From the IMG/VR virus record IMGVR_UViG_3300029121_000001: DNA of 64,000 bases, one strand, 5' to 3'. The notes under the pieces were generated by a model. That model searched no databases and had not been told where the DNA came from. It was given only the letters and a program-made list of their open reading frames with translations. Source of the DNA: a virus. Each line of letters opens with the position of its first letter. The first letter of the stretch is position 1. Of this stretch, positions 9,481 through 19,600 are shown piece by piece. Both the position numbers and the translations under genes were made by a program.

Positions 9481-10953
9481 ATGATGGATATGAACATGTA
9501 TCCCAACAACTTTATGTCTCCTCCTTATACTAATGGAAGTATAGGAGGGTATCCAGGATATGGATACCCTCCTTATTATCCTAACATGTATGGGATGGGA
9601 CAGCAGCCTCAGATGATGGCAAATATGTACAATATCAATAGCATGCCTATCGAGGCAACCTTTAGTAACGGTAGCACCGTTACTATTCCTCCTCAGCAGC
9701 CTATGGGATCTGGTTCTAATCCTGTATCAAATCCTAGTCTTGGATATATTCAGGGTGGTGCTACTATTAATCAGGGTGGTTATGATCCTACTACAAAAAC
9801 TTTTACACCTCCTGCTGCTCAGCAAGGTTTTAATCCTTATGGAGTATCTTATCAGATGCCTTCTTATGCTCCTCCTATGCAGGGACAGATGGTAAATGGC
9901 CAGATGGTTTATCCTAATGGATTTGAACCTTATGATCCTTCCAAGAGATCTAATAATGTCTATTATTCTTCCATGATGCCTTATGGTAATTATAATAGAG
10001 CATTATATAATAATTTTCAGAATCAAGCTAACATTGCTCTTCAGGAATATATTTACAATGAAGAAATGGTTAGTAGTGATCCTGGAATTGTTATCAATAC
10101 TTTGCTGAAGGATAAATCTCATTGTGCTCCTGGATATATTATGGGATATGATTATTATGGTAATCCTATCTATAGTAATCCTCAGTATGCCTGCGAGGTC
10201 AATAAGCAGAGACAGGAAGCTTATGAGAAAGCTAAGCATGATCGTCAAGTATTCTATACAACACTTGCTAAGATTAGAGCAGTGTATAATCATGAAGACT
10301 TTGATGAGAAAGCTGCTATGGAATATTATGATCCTGATCGTAATATGAAACAAGCTCAGCCTAAAGCATTTAGCTATTACACTGCTACTCCTGAAGAAAG
10401 GGAGGAATATGATGAGCAGATGGAGCAAGCAAGTGTGAATGCTTTTGTGAATCGTATTGATCAAGCAGAAGCAACACTTCCTTATCGTATTGCTCAACGA
10501 AATGAAATGTTTGCTAAAATTAAGGAATCTCATGATAGACTTCTTGGCATTGAACCTGGTCAACCTTGCAGTCTTCAGCAGTTCCTTGATAACGGATATA
10601 AACTCTGTGCTGCAAACGCTGCAAAAGAGATCAAAGCTAAACTTAAGACTGGATATGATAAATATTCCACGAATAATTTTAGACAAGCTCTTGCAAGAGA
10701 GACTCATTCCCAGATTCCTATTCAATCTAAAGATGATGAGTATGTGCCTATAGAGACTATGCTCAAAAATATCTATGAAAAGAATAGGCGAGAAAATAGT
10801 GCTTTAGCAGGACAAGCACAGATTCCTGGGTTTAGTCAACCTCAATCCCCTGGATATAGTCCCACAGAAATGGACGCTCATAATAAGTTCATGATTGCAA
10901 TGCAAAATGCAAAGGAGCAAAATGATATTAGATTAATGGCGAGAGGAGGGTGA
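9481..10953 (+). CDS. protein with P/Q/G/Y/M-rich low-complexity N-terminal domain
   Basis: The first ~170 residues read MYPNNFMSPPYTNGSIGGYPGYGYPPYYPNMYGMGQQPQMM.... The C-terminal half has ordinary composition. SD AAGGAG 9 nt upstream. Confidence 0.7.
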   Translation: MMDMNMYPNNFMSPPYTNGSIGGYPGYGYPPYYPNMYGMGQQPQMMANMYNINSMPIEATFSNGSTVTIPPQQPMGSGSNPVSNPSLGYIQGGATINQGGYDPTTKTFTPPAAQQGFNPYGVSYQMPSYAPPMQGQMVNGQMVYPNGFEPYDPSKRSNNVYYSSMMPYGNYNRALYNNFQNQANIALQEYIYNEEMVSSDPGIVINTLLKDKSHCAPGYIMGYDYYGNPIYSNPQYACEVNKQRQEAYEKAKHDRQVFYTTLAKIRAVYNHEDFDEKAAMEYYDPDRNMKQAQPKAFSYYTATPEEREEYDEQMEQASVNAFVNRIDQAEATLPYRIAQRNEMFAKIKESHDRLLGIEPGQPCSLQQFLDNGYKLCAANAAKEIKAKLKTGYDKYSTNNFRQALARETHSQIPIQSKDDEYVPIETMLKNIYEKNRRENSALAGQAQIPGFSQPQSPGYSPTEMDAHNKFMIAMQNAKEQNDIRLMARGG

Positions 10954-12386
10954 TATCATTGAGAACTGATCAAGAGCGTAATTTGATTTCTGTAATGTAT
11001 GGAGGCACTACAGATCTCAATTCATTTAAGTGGGATCAAATGACTACAGCTCCTATTTTAAGTTTAATGACTACTCAAGATATCGATTACATTAGAAAGC
11101 TTATCTTGTCACCTAAGTATTCCGGAGATACTAAGTATAAACTTGATAAGATTAATGATGTAATGCATTTTAGAGGATTCACTAAATTTGCAGGCGGAAC
11201 TAATAGAGTCGTTTATATCCACCCAGCAGCACCAAATGCAGTATTTAAGATTGCAATTGATTCTATAGGAATTGGAGATAATCCAGCTGAATATAGGAAT
11301 CAAGCAATTCTTAAGCCGTACTGCTGTAAGGTGTTTGAATGCTCTCCATGTGGTACAATTGCATCATTTGAGAGAGTATATCGGATTACTACATTTAAAG
11401 AATTTTATGAGATTGCTGATGATTACTTTTATATTTTGTCCAGAAGAATTCTGGGTAAATATATTATGGAAGATATTGGCATCAATTATTTCATGAATGT
11501 AGGAATTCGAATTGGATGCCATCCTGTAATTCTTGACTTCCCTTACCTGTATGAGCTGGATGGAAAGAAATTACAGTGCCAGAATCAATTAGATGATGGT
11601 ACTATTTGTGGTGGCGAAATTGATTACGATGATGGATTCAATAAGCTGATCTGTAAGAAATGCGGAAGAATCTATCGTGCAAAAGATTTAAGAAAAGATC
11701 CTGATAAGTCACGCATTGTGGTTATTGGATCTGGAGAAGAGGAGTATACTGATATGCGTAACGTTATTACTGCTGGCAACCGTGTCATTCGTGTGTTCGA
11801 GGATGGTCTGTGTGTTTATAATGCTGATAAGGCAAATGGCATGTCTTATGAACAGTATATGGAGCATATGAACAATACAAACAATACTGATGAAGATGAT
11901 AGCAATGACTATACTATCAACACACAGGAATCTGAACAGATCGAGCCCAAAGAGATTTCTAAGTCTGTAAAGGCTCCGGAACCGATTGAGTCTGAGCATG
12001 TTGTCGAAGCAAACTTCGATAAGGTAAGAGATATTATTCAGAGTAATTCTTCTAATCCTGAAGATACTATTGCTAAGATTCCTGATGAGATTGAACTTGC
12101 TCCTGATGAAGAAGTTCATGAAGAATCCGATGATAGTGAACCTGAGACTACTGGAGAAGAAGCTGCTTGTAAAGAATCTGAATCTGTAGTTGAGGAGAAG
12201 GAGGATGATCATCAAACCGCATCATATGAAGGGCATTATGCAGTAGCTGGTAATGATGTAGAATCTGTTATCTCGCCTTTGGTTGGTAATACCAGCAACC
12301 CTGTAGAGTTTAGCAACTCTATGATGGAATATATGGCGCGCAAAAAGGGATCTAAGATTGATCTTAATAATATTGATCTGATGTAA
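10950..12386 (+). CDS. putative atypical protein-kinase-fold protein with zinc ribbon and acidic tail
   Basis: AGGTNRVVY..AVFKIA (Gly loop plus Lys), MEDIGINYFMNVG (catalytic-loop-like), VILDFPY (DFG-like). Also CGGE..x12..CKKCG and a ~190-aa D/E-rich tail. GTG 10950 overlaps the upstream stop; TTG 10959 is an alternative start. Confidence 0.4.
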   Translation: MISLRTDQERNLISVMYGGTTDLNSFKWDQMTTAPILSLMTTQDIDYIRKLILSPKYSGDTKYKLDKINDVMHFRGFTKFAGGTNRVVYIHPAAPNAVFKIAIDSIGIGDNPAEYRNQAILKPYCCKVFECSPCGTIASFERVYRITTFKEFYEIADDYFYILSRRILGKYIMEDIGINYFMNVGIRIGCHPVILDFPYLYELDGKKLQCQNQLDDGTICGGEIDYDDGFNKLICKKCGRIYRAKDLRKDPDKSRIVVIGSGEEEYTDMRNVITAGNRVIRVFEDGLCVYNADKANGMSYEQYMEHMNNTNNTDEDDSNDYTINTQESEQIEPKEISKSVKAPEPIESEHVVEANFDKVRDIIQSNSSNPEDTIAKIPDEIELAPDEEVHEESDDSEPETTGEEAACKESESVVEEKEDDHQTASYEGHYAVAGNDVESVISPLVGNTSNPVEFSNSMMEYMARKKGSKIDLNNIDLM

Positions 12387-12401
12387 AGGAGATGATCTTT
12401 A

Positions 12402-13109
12402 ATGATCCTCACTGGAACAATGTTTATCATTGATGAACCTCATCTTGATATTCTAAAAGCAAATCTTTCGAGAATGCCTCCACCCGGGATTCACGGGCCC
12501 CAGCTTGCTGCAGGTACAGCATTATGTATGGATATGGATGAAACAGATAACATGCTTGAGATGTGGTTTCCTGATCATTGTCAAAAAGCAACTCTTCTCT
12601 GTCCTCCTCCTGCAGCAATGTATAAAGAGATAGATGGAGATATGGAAGGATTCATCAAAGAGTACAATGAATATCTTGATTATGATTCTAATGTTCAAGA
12701 ATTTATTGGAAGTATGCTGATGTATCTTCACGTTGGCGGTAATGTGATGCTATATACTCCATCTCATCTTGAAGACGATTCTTTGTGGACTAACACTCTG
12801 ATTCTATTCTTCTTTACACGATATGGTATTACTGTTGGAACATCGAATACCAATCCTTATGCTTACGATCCTAGGTATGATGGTGTCATTGCGGATTCTC
12901 TATATGGTAATGGATATATCGATATAATGGAATATCTAAATCTTAGTGATCCTAATATGCAGCATAGTCTCGAGGTCTATAATAGATTGAAATATGATCT
13001 TACTCCTATGTGTCCTGGAGAAGATCCTATGAAGTTCTATTATACAGCAAAGAATCTTATCAACACTACAGGATCTCCTGTATTCTCTCCAGCAATTGTA
13101 TTCAATTAA
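12402..13109 (+). CDS. hypothetical protein
   Basis: SD AAAGGAG 9 nt upstream. Weak resemblance to the next ORF. Confidence 0.65.
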   Translation: MILTGTMFIIDEPHLDILKANLSRMPPPGIHGPQLAAGTALCMDMDETDNMLEMWFPDHCQKATLLCPPPAAMYKEIDGDMEGFIKEYNEYLDYDSNVQEFIGSMLMYLHVGGNVMLYTPSHLEDDSLWTNTLILFFFTRYGITVGTSNTNPYAYDPRYDGVIADSLYGNGYIDIMEYLNLSDPNMQHSLEVYNRLKYDLTPMCPGEDPMKFYYTAKNLINTTGSPVFSPAIVFN

Positions 13110-13120
13110 GGAGTAACACA

Positions 13121-13657
13121 ATGTTGGTATTCGGACCTTTTCATGCAGGTCCGGGGGTAGACCAGGGGTTTAGGATGTTTAATTTGTCTTCTCCGACAGA
13201 ATATATTCCTAAACTTCCTGGACTATTTGTATTACCTCCGGATAAGAAGCTTTATCCTTCTATTGAAGTAGCAGAACAAGCTGAGAAGGCATTTGATACA
13301 TGGTACTATAATTATGTATTAAATGATCCTCAAGCTAGTATGTCTCTTATGGCAGTTATCGATGCTTTATATGAAGGAAATAAAGTATATGTTTGCATCG
13401 GTGGTTATGATGGATTACGCGATGATTATGTCAGCATTTTGAATGAGTCTTTTATGAAGATCATTCAAACAAGATATGATATCAAGTATTCTATCATTAA
13501 TACTCGTGATGACTTAAATTATATCTCTCAAGATGGATGTGATTTTATGTCAGTTGCAGGCATTCAGCAGTTTGATCAAGATAAGAAGAGATTGATGATG
13601 TTGAACGTAGAAAATCAGATCATCAATAACTCTCTTCCAACTAATGATGATTATTAA
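13121..13657 (+). CDS. hypothetical protein
   Basis: ATG 13121 preceded by AAGGAG. The track ORF start at 13010 overlaps the upstream gene. Confidence 0.65.
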   Translation: MLVFGPFHAGPGVDQGFRMFNLSSPTEYIPKLPGLFVLPPDKKLYPSIEVAEQAEKAFDTWYYNYVLNDPQASMSLMAVIDALYEGNKVYVCIGGYDGLRDDYVSILNESFMKIIQTRYDIKYSIINTRDDLNYISQDGCDFMSVAGIQQFDQDKKRLMMLNVENQIINNSLPTNDDY

Positions 13658-13669
13658 GGAGGTGAATAT

Positions 13670-13870
13670 ATGAAAATCATCAAACATGGTCAATCAAAAG
13701 AAATATCATTTAAATGTGCTTTTTGTGCATGCGAATGGATATCTAATCCTGGAGAAACTAAACACTATATCTGTAGCATGAATGGAAAGAAATTTGATAT
13801 TTATTCTATGGAATGCCCTGAGTGTGGTAGAGATGTTTCAGAAACTATCGAAAAAGAAACTCCAGAATAA
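13670..13870 (+). CDS. small zinc-ribbon protein
   Basis: CAFCAC ... CPECG; SD AAGGAGG. Confidence 0.65.
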   Translation: MKIIKHGQSKEISFKCAFCACEWISNPGETKHYICSMNGKKFDIYSMECPECGRDVSETIEKETPE

Positions 13871-13895
13871 TTAACCAATAAAGGGGTTGTCAAAG

Positions 13896-14708
13896 ATGCC
13901 TACAGATTTATGGAGATCTTATAATTATAAAACACCGATAAAATACTATGTGAATACTTTTATTCGTGAATACGACTTATCCAAAGCTAATATTAATGCT
14001 CTCTATTATATGGGACGCGTAACCCAAGAAGAACGAGAATCCTACTTAGTGATGAGTAAAGAGGAAAGAGAGACAAAGATAGGCTTATGGATCAAGAAAG
14101 ATAAATCGATATACAAAGATATTCAAACTGGTATTTTTGAAGCAAAGAGGCGATTAGTATTTGCTAATAGTGTTGAGGATTATGAGGTTATTGCTGTAAA
14201 GAACGATGCAATGTTTATTGCGGGTAGGAATCTTATGCATACAGATTTTCCACCATTTAGCTTTAAAGTGAAGAATACTTACACCGTGTACTTTGGTATA
14301 GCTGATCTTGAAGTTTATTATGGTGATACTGTAGACCCTATTAGTGGATTTGTCAGTACAAATATAGATGTAAAAGGTATTAGCGATGAAATGCTATCCT
14401 TGCATCAAAATGGTATGCTAGATTTAATCTGTAATGTCTGCTATAAGATTCAAAGAGAGGATATAAGTGAAACTATGAAATGGATGAGTCAAATGTATGA
14501 TTTATTCATTAATAGAAAGCTTCCTAAGCAGTACTATAGAAACTTCGATTCATTTTCTGGATATACTATTCATACGTATTTCAGAAGCGCTTCATTGGGT
14601 GAGATCGATGATAGCATGGTCGAGGTAGTAGATATTAATCGCAATCTATTAATTCTAAGAGACTTAATGAGTATTGTATCTGATATATACAGATCATCTA
14701 TGCACTGA
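13896..14708 (+). CDS. hypothetical protein; weak candidate for a detached PolB fingers/palm fragment
   Basis: LSKANINALYY resembles PolB motif B (KxxxNSxYG). VIAVKNDAMFI, ~75 aa later, weakly resembles motif C. SD AAAGGGG. Confidence 0.6.
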   Translation: MPTDLWRSYNYKTPIKYYVNTFIREYDLSKANINALYYMGRVTQEERESYLVMSKEERETKIGLWIKKDKSIYKDIQTGIFEAKRRLVFANSVEDYEVIAVKNDAMFIAGRNLMHTDFPPFSFKVKNTYTVYFGIADLEVYYGDTVDPISGFVSTNIDVKGISDEMLSLHQNGMLDLICNVCYKIQREDISETMKWMSQMYDLFINRKLPKQYYRNFDSFSGYTIHTYFRSASLGEIDDSMVEVVDINRNLLILRDLMSIVSDIYRSSMH

Positions 14709-14714
14709 CAAATG

Positions 14715-14758
14715 AATAGAGGTAGGGACTTGAATCCCTACCTCTATTATTTTTTTTT
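14715..14758 (+). terminator. intrinsic terminator
   Basis: 14-bp stem AATAGAGGTAGGGA/TCCCTACCTCTATT followed by a T9 run. Confidence 0.8.
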
Positions 14759-14803
14759 GATTGAAAAGGAGTGAATTAAAATGGTTAGAGATGATAGAAG
14801 AAA

Positions 14804-14879
14804 TGGAGCTGGTAATAGGACTTGAACCTACAACCTGCTGATTACAAATCAGCTGCTCTGCCAATTGAGCTATACCAGC
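14804..14879 (-). tRNA. tRNA-Thr (UGU)
   Basis: Hand-folded cloverleaf: GCTGGTA acceptor, anticodon loop TTTGTAA, T-loop TTCAAGT, encoded CCA. Confidence 0.9.
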
Positions 14880-14887
14880 ATATTAAG

Positions 14888-14958
14888 TTGCGCCAGCAGG
14901 AGTCGAACCTACGATGGGGGAGTCAAAGTCCCCTGCCTTACCGCTTGGCGATGGCGCA
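14888..14958 (-). tRNA. tRNA-Gln (UUG)
   Basis: Cloverleaf: TGCGCCA acceptor, anticodon loop CTTTGAC, T-loop TTCGACT. No encoded CCA. Confidence 0.85.
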
Positions 14959-15112
14959 TTAAATCTAGCGAAGTCACGGCACCCGCTTACAAGACCTACT
15001 GCTTCAGTAGCGACTACCGAAGAGCTGGGAATAATAGGCGAAACAGAAAGGAATGCAGTACATCTCTGGTAAGATGCGAAGCGAAAGCAACAAGTTTGAT
15101 GAAACGTAGTCG
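14959..15112 (-). ncRNA. GC-rich structured spacer inside the tRNA operon (candidate stable small RNA)
   Basis: 154 nt between tRNA-Gly and tRNA-Gln, much GC-richer than the genome. 7-bp closing helix CGACTAC/GTAGTCG plus hairpins GCATCT..AGATGT and CTACTG-AAG-CAGTAG. I could not fold a cloverleaf. Confidence 0.3.
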
Positions 15113-15188
15113 TGGAGCAGCTGACGAGTCTCGAACTCGCAACAACCTGCTTGGAAGGCAGGTGCTCTACCAATTGAACTACAGCTGC
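15113..15188 (-). tRNA. tRNA-Gly (UCC)
   Basis: Cloverleaf: GCAGCTG acceptor, anticodon loop CTTCCAA, T-loop TTCGAGA, encoded CCA. Confidence 0.9.
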
Positions 15189-15193
15189 ATAGA

Positions 15194-15285
15194 ATATCTG
15201 ATTAGCAAGAATTTCTTATCATGTCGTGAGGTTGAAAGAAAAACAAAGATGTGCGAGTCTTTTATGTAACCTACTAATCAGATAT
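15194..15285 (-). repeat. 12-bp perfect inverted repeat forming a long hairpin just 5' of tRNA-Gly
   Basis: ATATCTGATTAG (15194-15205) and CTAATCAGATAT (15274-15285), separated by 68 nt. Confidence 0.5.
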
Positions 15286-15349
15286 ATCGAAAAGATCCAC
15301 TTTGCTCAATAAATCTTTCCGAGTAATAAATTGTTATATGAATAAAATA

Positions 15350-15847
15350 TTAATTTAAATTAAAAGCATTAATATTTTTTAATGCTTCTCCTTGTTCCTT
15401 AGGAGTATTTTGATCTATAGAATAATTCAATACTGCAAATTTTGCTTTAGATTTAATAGATTCAATCATATGCTCATCTGTATCCATCGGATATCCAACA
15501 GATAGAATGTTCTTTTGTATAGGAGTCATTTCTATAATAATACCACTTATAATATATTGAACGCATGAGATCATATTATCTTGTGACATATAATTTTCTG
15601 TCTCAGGATTCAAATTATAAATCTGCCATTCAGCAAGTTTTTGATTTACCAAATACTCCATTGTTTCTCTAGATTCTTTAATTGAGTATTTGCTCTGCAG
15701 TGTAAATTTGTCCGATTCCTGACGGATTTCTGAGATCCTGAGAAGGGTTTTCGACAAGCGTGTTAAACTCGAATTTAGCATTATTAGTGCTCCCATTACC
15801 GTAATTAGTAATGCTACCACAATAGTTATTATAATAACTGTATTCAT
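15350..15847 (-). CDS. membrane-anchored hypothetical protein
   Basis: ATG 15847 with GGGGAG 7 nt upstream. N-terminal TM helix VIIITIVVALLITVMGALIML. Confidence 0.6.
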   Translation of the reverse strand: MNTVIIITIVVALLITVMGALIMLNSSLTRLSKTLLRISEIRQESDKFTLQSKYSIKESRETMEYLVNQKLAEWQIYNLNPETENYMSQDNMISCVQYIISGIIIEMTPIQKNILSVGYPMDTDEHMIESIKSKAKFAVLNYSIDQNTPKEQGEALKNINAFNLN

Positions 15848-16544
15848 TATATTCTCCCCAATTCTTAATATCATCAGATAATTTAAAAAATTCAACAGAA
15901 TTTAATTCATTATTTCTCTGACAATTCTGTATATATTTTATTACTTTGTATGCTATATCAAGTGTAATTCCATATCTATATTTGATTAATAGATCCCACC
16001 ATTTACCAAATGTCATAGACAATGGAATATAGAAATCAGGAGTATCATGATAAAGCTGATGCACAGTTTCAGATAGCATTACAATAGGAATATTATTATT
16101 TCTATGCTCTTGCATAAGAAGAGATATAATATCAAATGTAGTGCATCTGCCAACTGTATTTAATATATGCTGAGAAATTAGAATAGTAATATCGTAGATT
16201 GTAAGAAAGTTATGATGCATTTCTATATTTGCCATTCCATCTTGTATATTACCAATAACTTGGCATCTATCAAGTCCCATACTCATTAAGTATGATTTAT
16301 AAGATTTATATGTTCTTGACTTTCTAAATCTATGAATGCAATTATCAATAAAATTCTTATATTTATCAATATCAGCAAGTGTATCTCTTGTCTGATAAAA
16401 CATTAAAGGATATTCACATCTTGGAAAATATATAGTAGGAATAGGATCCTGTGTATTAATATATTCTTGAGCTAAATATATATTTATATTGCTACTATCA
16501 GCTATTTTGGTATCATTATCATATGGAATAATATCTGCACTCAT
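15678..16544 (-). CDS. hypothetical protein
   Basis: 288-codon ORF with SD AGGAGG. The last 57 codons (N/Y/G/S-rich) overlap the next gene out of frame. Confidence 0.65.
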   Translation of the reverse strand: MSADIIPYDNDTKIADSSNINIYLAQEYINTQDPIPTIYFPRCEYPLMFYQTRDTLADIDKYKNFIDNCIHRFRKSRTYKSYKSYLMSMGLDRCQVIGNIQDGMANIEMHHNFLTIYDITILISQHILNTVGRCTTFDIISLLMQEHRNNNIPIVMLSETVHQLYHDTPDFYIPLSMTFGKWWDLLIKYRYGITLDIAYKVIKYIQNCQRNNELNSVEFFKLSDDIKNWGEYNEYSYYNNYCGSITNYGNGSTNNAKFEFNTLVENPSQDLRNPSGIGQIYTAEQILN

Positions 16545-16631
16545 AATAAAATACCTCCTAAATTACTAAAATGTGGAGGATGAGATAGTTGACATATATG
16601 TAATTATTAATGACGATTGGAGGATATGAGC

Positions 16632-19600
16632 ATGGAAAAAGTATCCTTGTCCAACAAAGTATTTTCAGAAAATCCTTTGTTGGATGAAATTGTCTATAAT
16701 GCCAGACAAATTGCAACTGGTGTTATAGTAAAAGATTCAGATTTAGCAGATAAATGTGAAACAAAAGAATCTCTAATAAATGGAGATATTCTAGTAGCAA
16801 TTGGTAATAATACTATTGCTTTTAGTAATTTTTATTACGATGAAGATACTCTAGGCAAATTCTATCCAAAAGCTCAAGCAAAAGCATATGCTAAAGATAA
16901 TGATCTTATTCCAAAAAGAGATAGAGATGCACTTCTAAAAATGGCTATTGAAATCTTCAATGAAACATATGAAGAAAAGAATAACTATTATAGAATGCTT
17001 CATGGTCAACCTGCTTATGATGAAACAGGTGTTTGGAAAGGATTATGGATTGATACAAAATATATTGATCCTATGCGACCTACAAATATTTCTCATGTAT
17101 CCCCTTATTATAAAGAAGATATCGAATATGATGAAAATGGAGACCAAGTTGTGGTCTCCGATTATGTTCCTATTAGTGAACTTAGTATATCCAATAAGAA
17201 TCTTATTTATGAGAATGGAACATGTGAAAATATTTATGAAGATACTAATACACTAGCATCTTGGAATCTTACTAAGCATGATGTTCAATATATCATGTAT
17301 ATTGGTGATAGAGAAGTAGATTATTATAATGCTAGAGTAGCAGAGAAATTTGCTCTTCTTTATTGTCCTAAATCTGATGCTGAAGAAGTGCAGACTAGAT
17401 TTAAAGATTTATTTGAAGCAAACAGAATGTATCTTCTCTATACAATGTATCAGGAAGCTTATAAATATAGATCTGATTATTATGACAATTTTATGATGAT
17501 CTTTCTTGTTATTCAGACTATCATTGATCTGATCGTTGAACTTCCTGAATATATTATTAGACGAGATATATTTGATACTCGTACTTGTAAATATATTTTT
17601 GAATCTAATGGTGTTAAATATTTTAAGGATATTCCATTGAAATATCAGGTTTCTCTAGTTAAAAATCTAAATAAACTTATTAAATTTAAATCTACTGATA
17701 AATGTATAATAGATATTATTTCTATCTTTGGTATCGAAGACATTGAAGTCTTTAGATATTATATTATGAAAGATAGAAATTTGAATTCAAAAGATAATTT
17801 GGATTATTTTGATGAGAAGAAATCTAAAACAGATTCAATGGGTAATACATCAATTGTAGATGATAATGATACGAATTATGACTTAAAGTTTATCAAAGTT
17901 CCATTGCTAGATAACTATGATAATTATATCAGAAAAGATTCTAGTGTAGAAACTTATGATTCTGTAACAGATTCTGATGCATACTGGATTGGTGATAAGC
18001 AATATAAAGAAATTAAGAAGGATATTAAAGATCTTGATTTTACTGTATTAAGATCTAAATACTATTCTATCGAAGCTGTTATAGATTTAGCAAAGCATAA
18101 TTTTACAATATCTTACTTCATGAATATCTTGATGTATAATGATATTGATAAGTCTGCTTTGAAAGTGAATATACCTACTATCTCTACAACAAAGAAATTT
18201 GAATTAGTAGATATTATTATTGCTCTATATGCTTTAAGCTATATTTATTATGGGGTAGAAGATACTATTATTGATACAAGAGCTAAGTGTGCACAGATTC
18301 TTGGATTCAATATGGAAGCAGATCTATCTAAGATAGCTAACTGGCTAGAGGAAAATCATAAAGGGCTGACTCTAAAGGATCTTCATATTGATACATATAA
18401 AGTTCCTGACGATCATTCTATTATGACTTTTAAAGAACTAGAAGATATCTATTTTACAAATAAAGATATTTATAAACATATTACAGAAGTAATGAGAAAT
18501 CCTCCTTCTAAGGAAATCTATGATGCATATAGATATCTTTATAAATCTCTATTGACTACAAATCTCAATATGGAGTATTTCTTAATTGGAGAGAATAATA
18601 TTGTAGATCAATATAAGAGTAATGGGTATCATGGTAAATTCATTGTACTTCCTGAGAAAAACAAATATCATAATCCAGATGATTTTACTCGTGACTGGAA
18701 ATGGCTAGTTGAATCTATAGAAGATAAAGATCTATGCTTTGTAGTTCCTAATACATTTTCTGAAGATCATAATCTTGATGTATATATCAAAAAGAATAAT
18801 GATCTAGAAAAAGTCGGAACAGCAAAAATGGCTTATACATATAGAGAATATCTAGCACATAAAGATGGATCTATATATGCTTTCTTGACCGCAATTGCTA
18901 ATATGAATAGTACTGATACTAGACAAGAAGCTTGTGTCAATGCTATACAAGCAATTGTATCTTATCTAAAAGACTATATAGATGAGAAAGATGATCTTAA
19001 ACTAGATACTGTATTCTCTGGACTACCTTCTATTTCTATTGATTTTATTAAGCGATATATAACAGAGGTTATTGACTTCTTTAAGTCTTTTAAGATCTTT
19101 ACACATGATTCATCTATTATCTATACAATAGATGATAATTTTGAAAATTATGTTCAGATTATTGATCATATTCTTCTTAAGTATCTATTCGATAAGAGTG
19201 AGATTATTAAGATAGAAGATGCTATTAATAATATTACATCTAAACTATCTCCTAAAGAGAAGTGTAGATTGATCGATAAAGTATGGTTTGATATTACTAC
19301 TTGGCTTACCAAGAATTATAATGAGTATTATAATTCCGATAATTATAAGCAGACAGAAAAGATTATTAGAGATTATGTAGATAGATATTCTACTCTAGTA
19401 TTAAATTCTGAAGAATTTGTTGATCATTATATTGAAGAGATTGATGATTATGCTGTAGATGCTATTGTGCATATGATAGTTGATCTTGTATATAATGAGC
19501 ATGTAAATATTCTAGAATCTATTTCTACTGCTTATTCTGAAGACTTTGATGACTATTATAATGATTGGCTAGTTGATCTTGCTATTTTACTAGTAGATGT

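Noticed and set aside
14781-14825. SD-led 14-codon ORF (AAAGGAG-9nt-ATG) antisense to the 3' end of tRNA-Thr.
   Set aside because: It is too short, overlaps a tRNA on the other strand and lies just after a terminator. The SD-like sequence is probably fortuitous.
14865-15269. ORFs 14865-15269 (+) and 14883-15173 (-) across the tRNA cluster.
   Set aside because: They overlap three well-folded tRNAs and a GC-rich spacer. They stay open only because this region is locally GC-rich, and neither has an SD.
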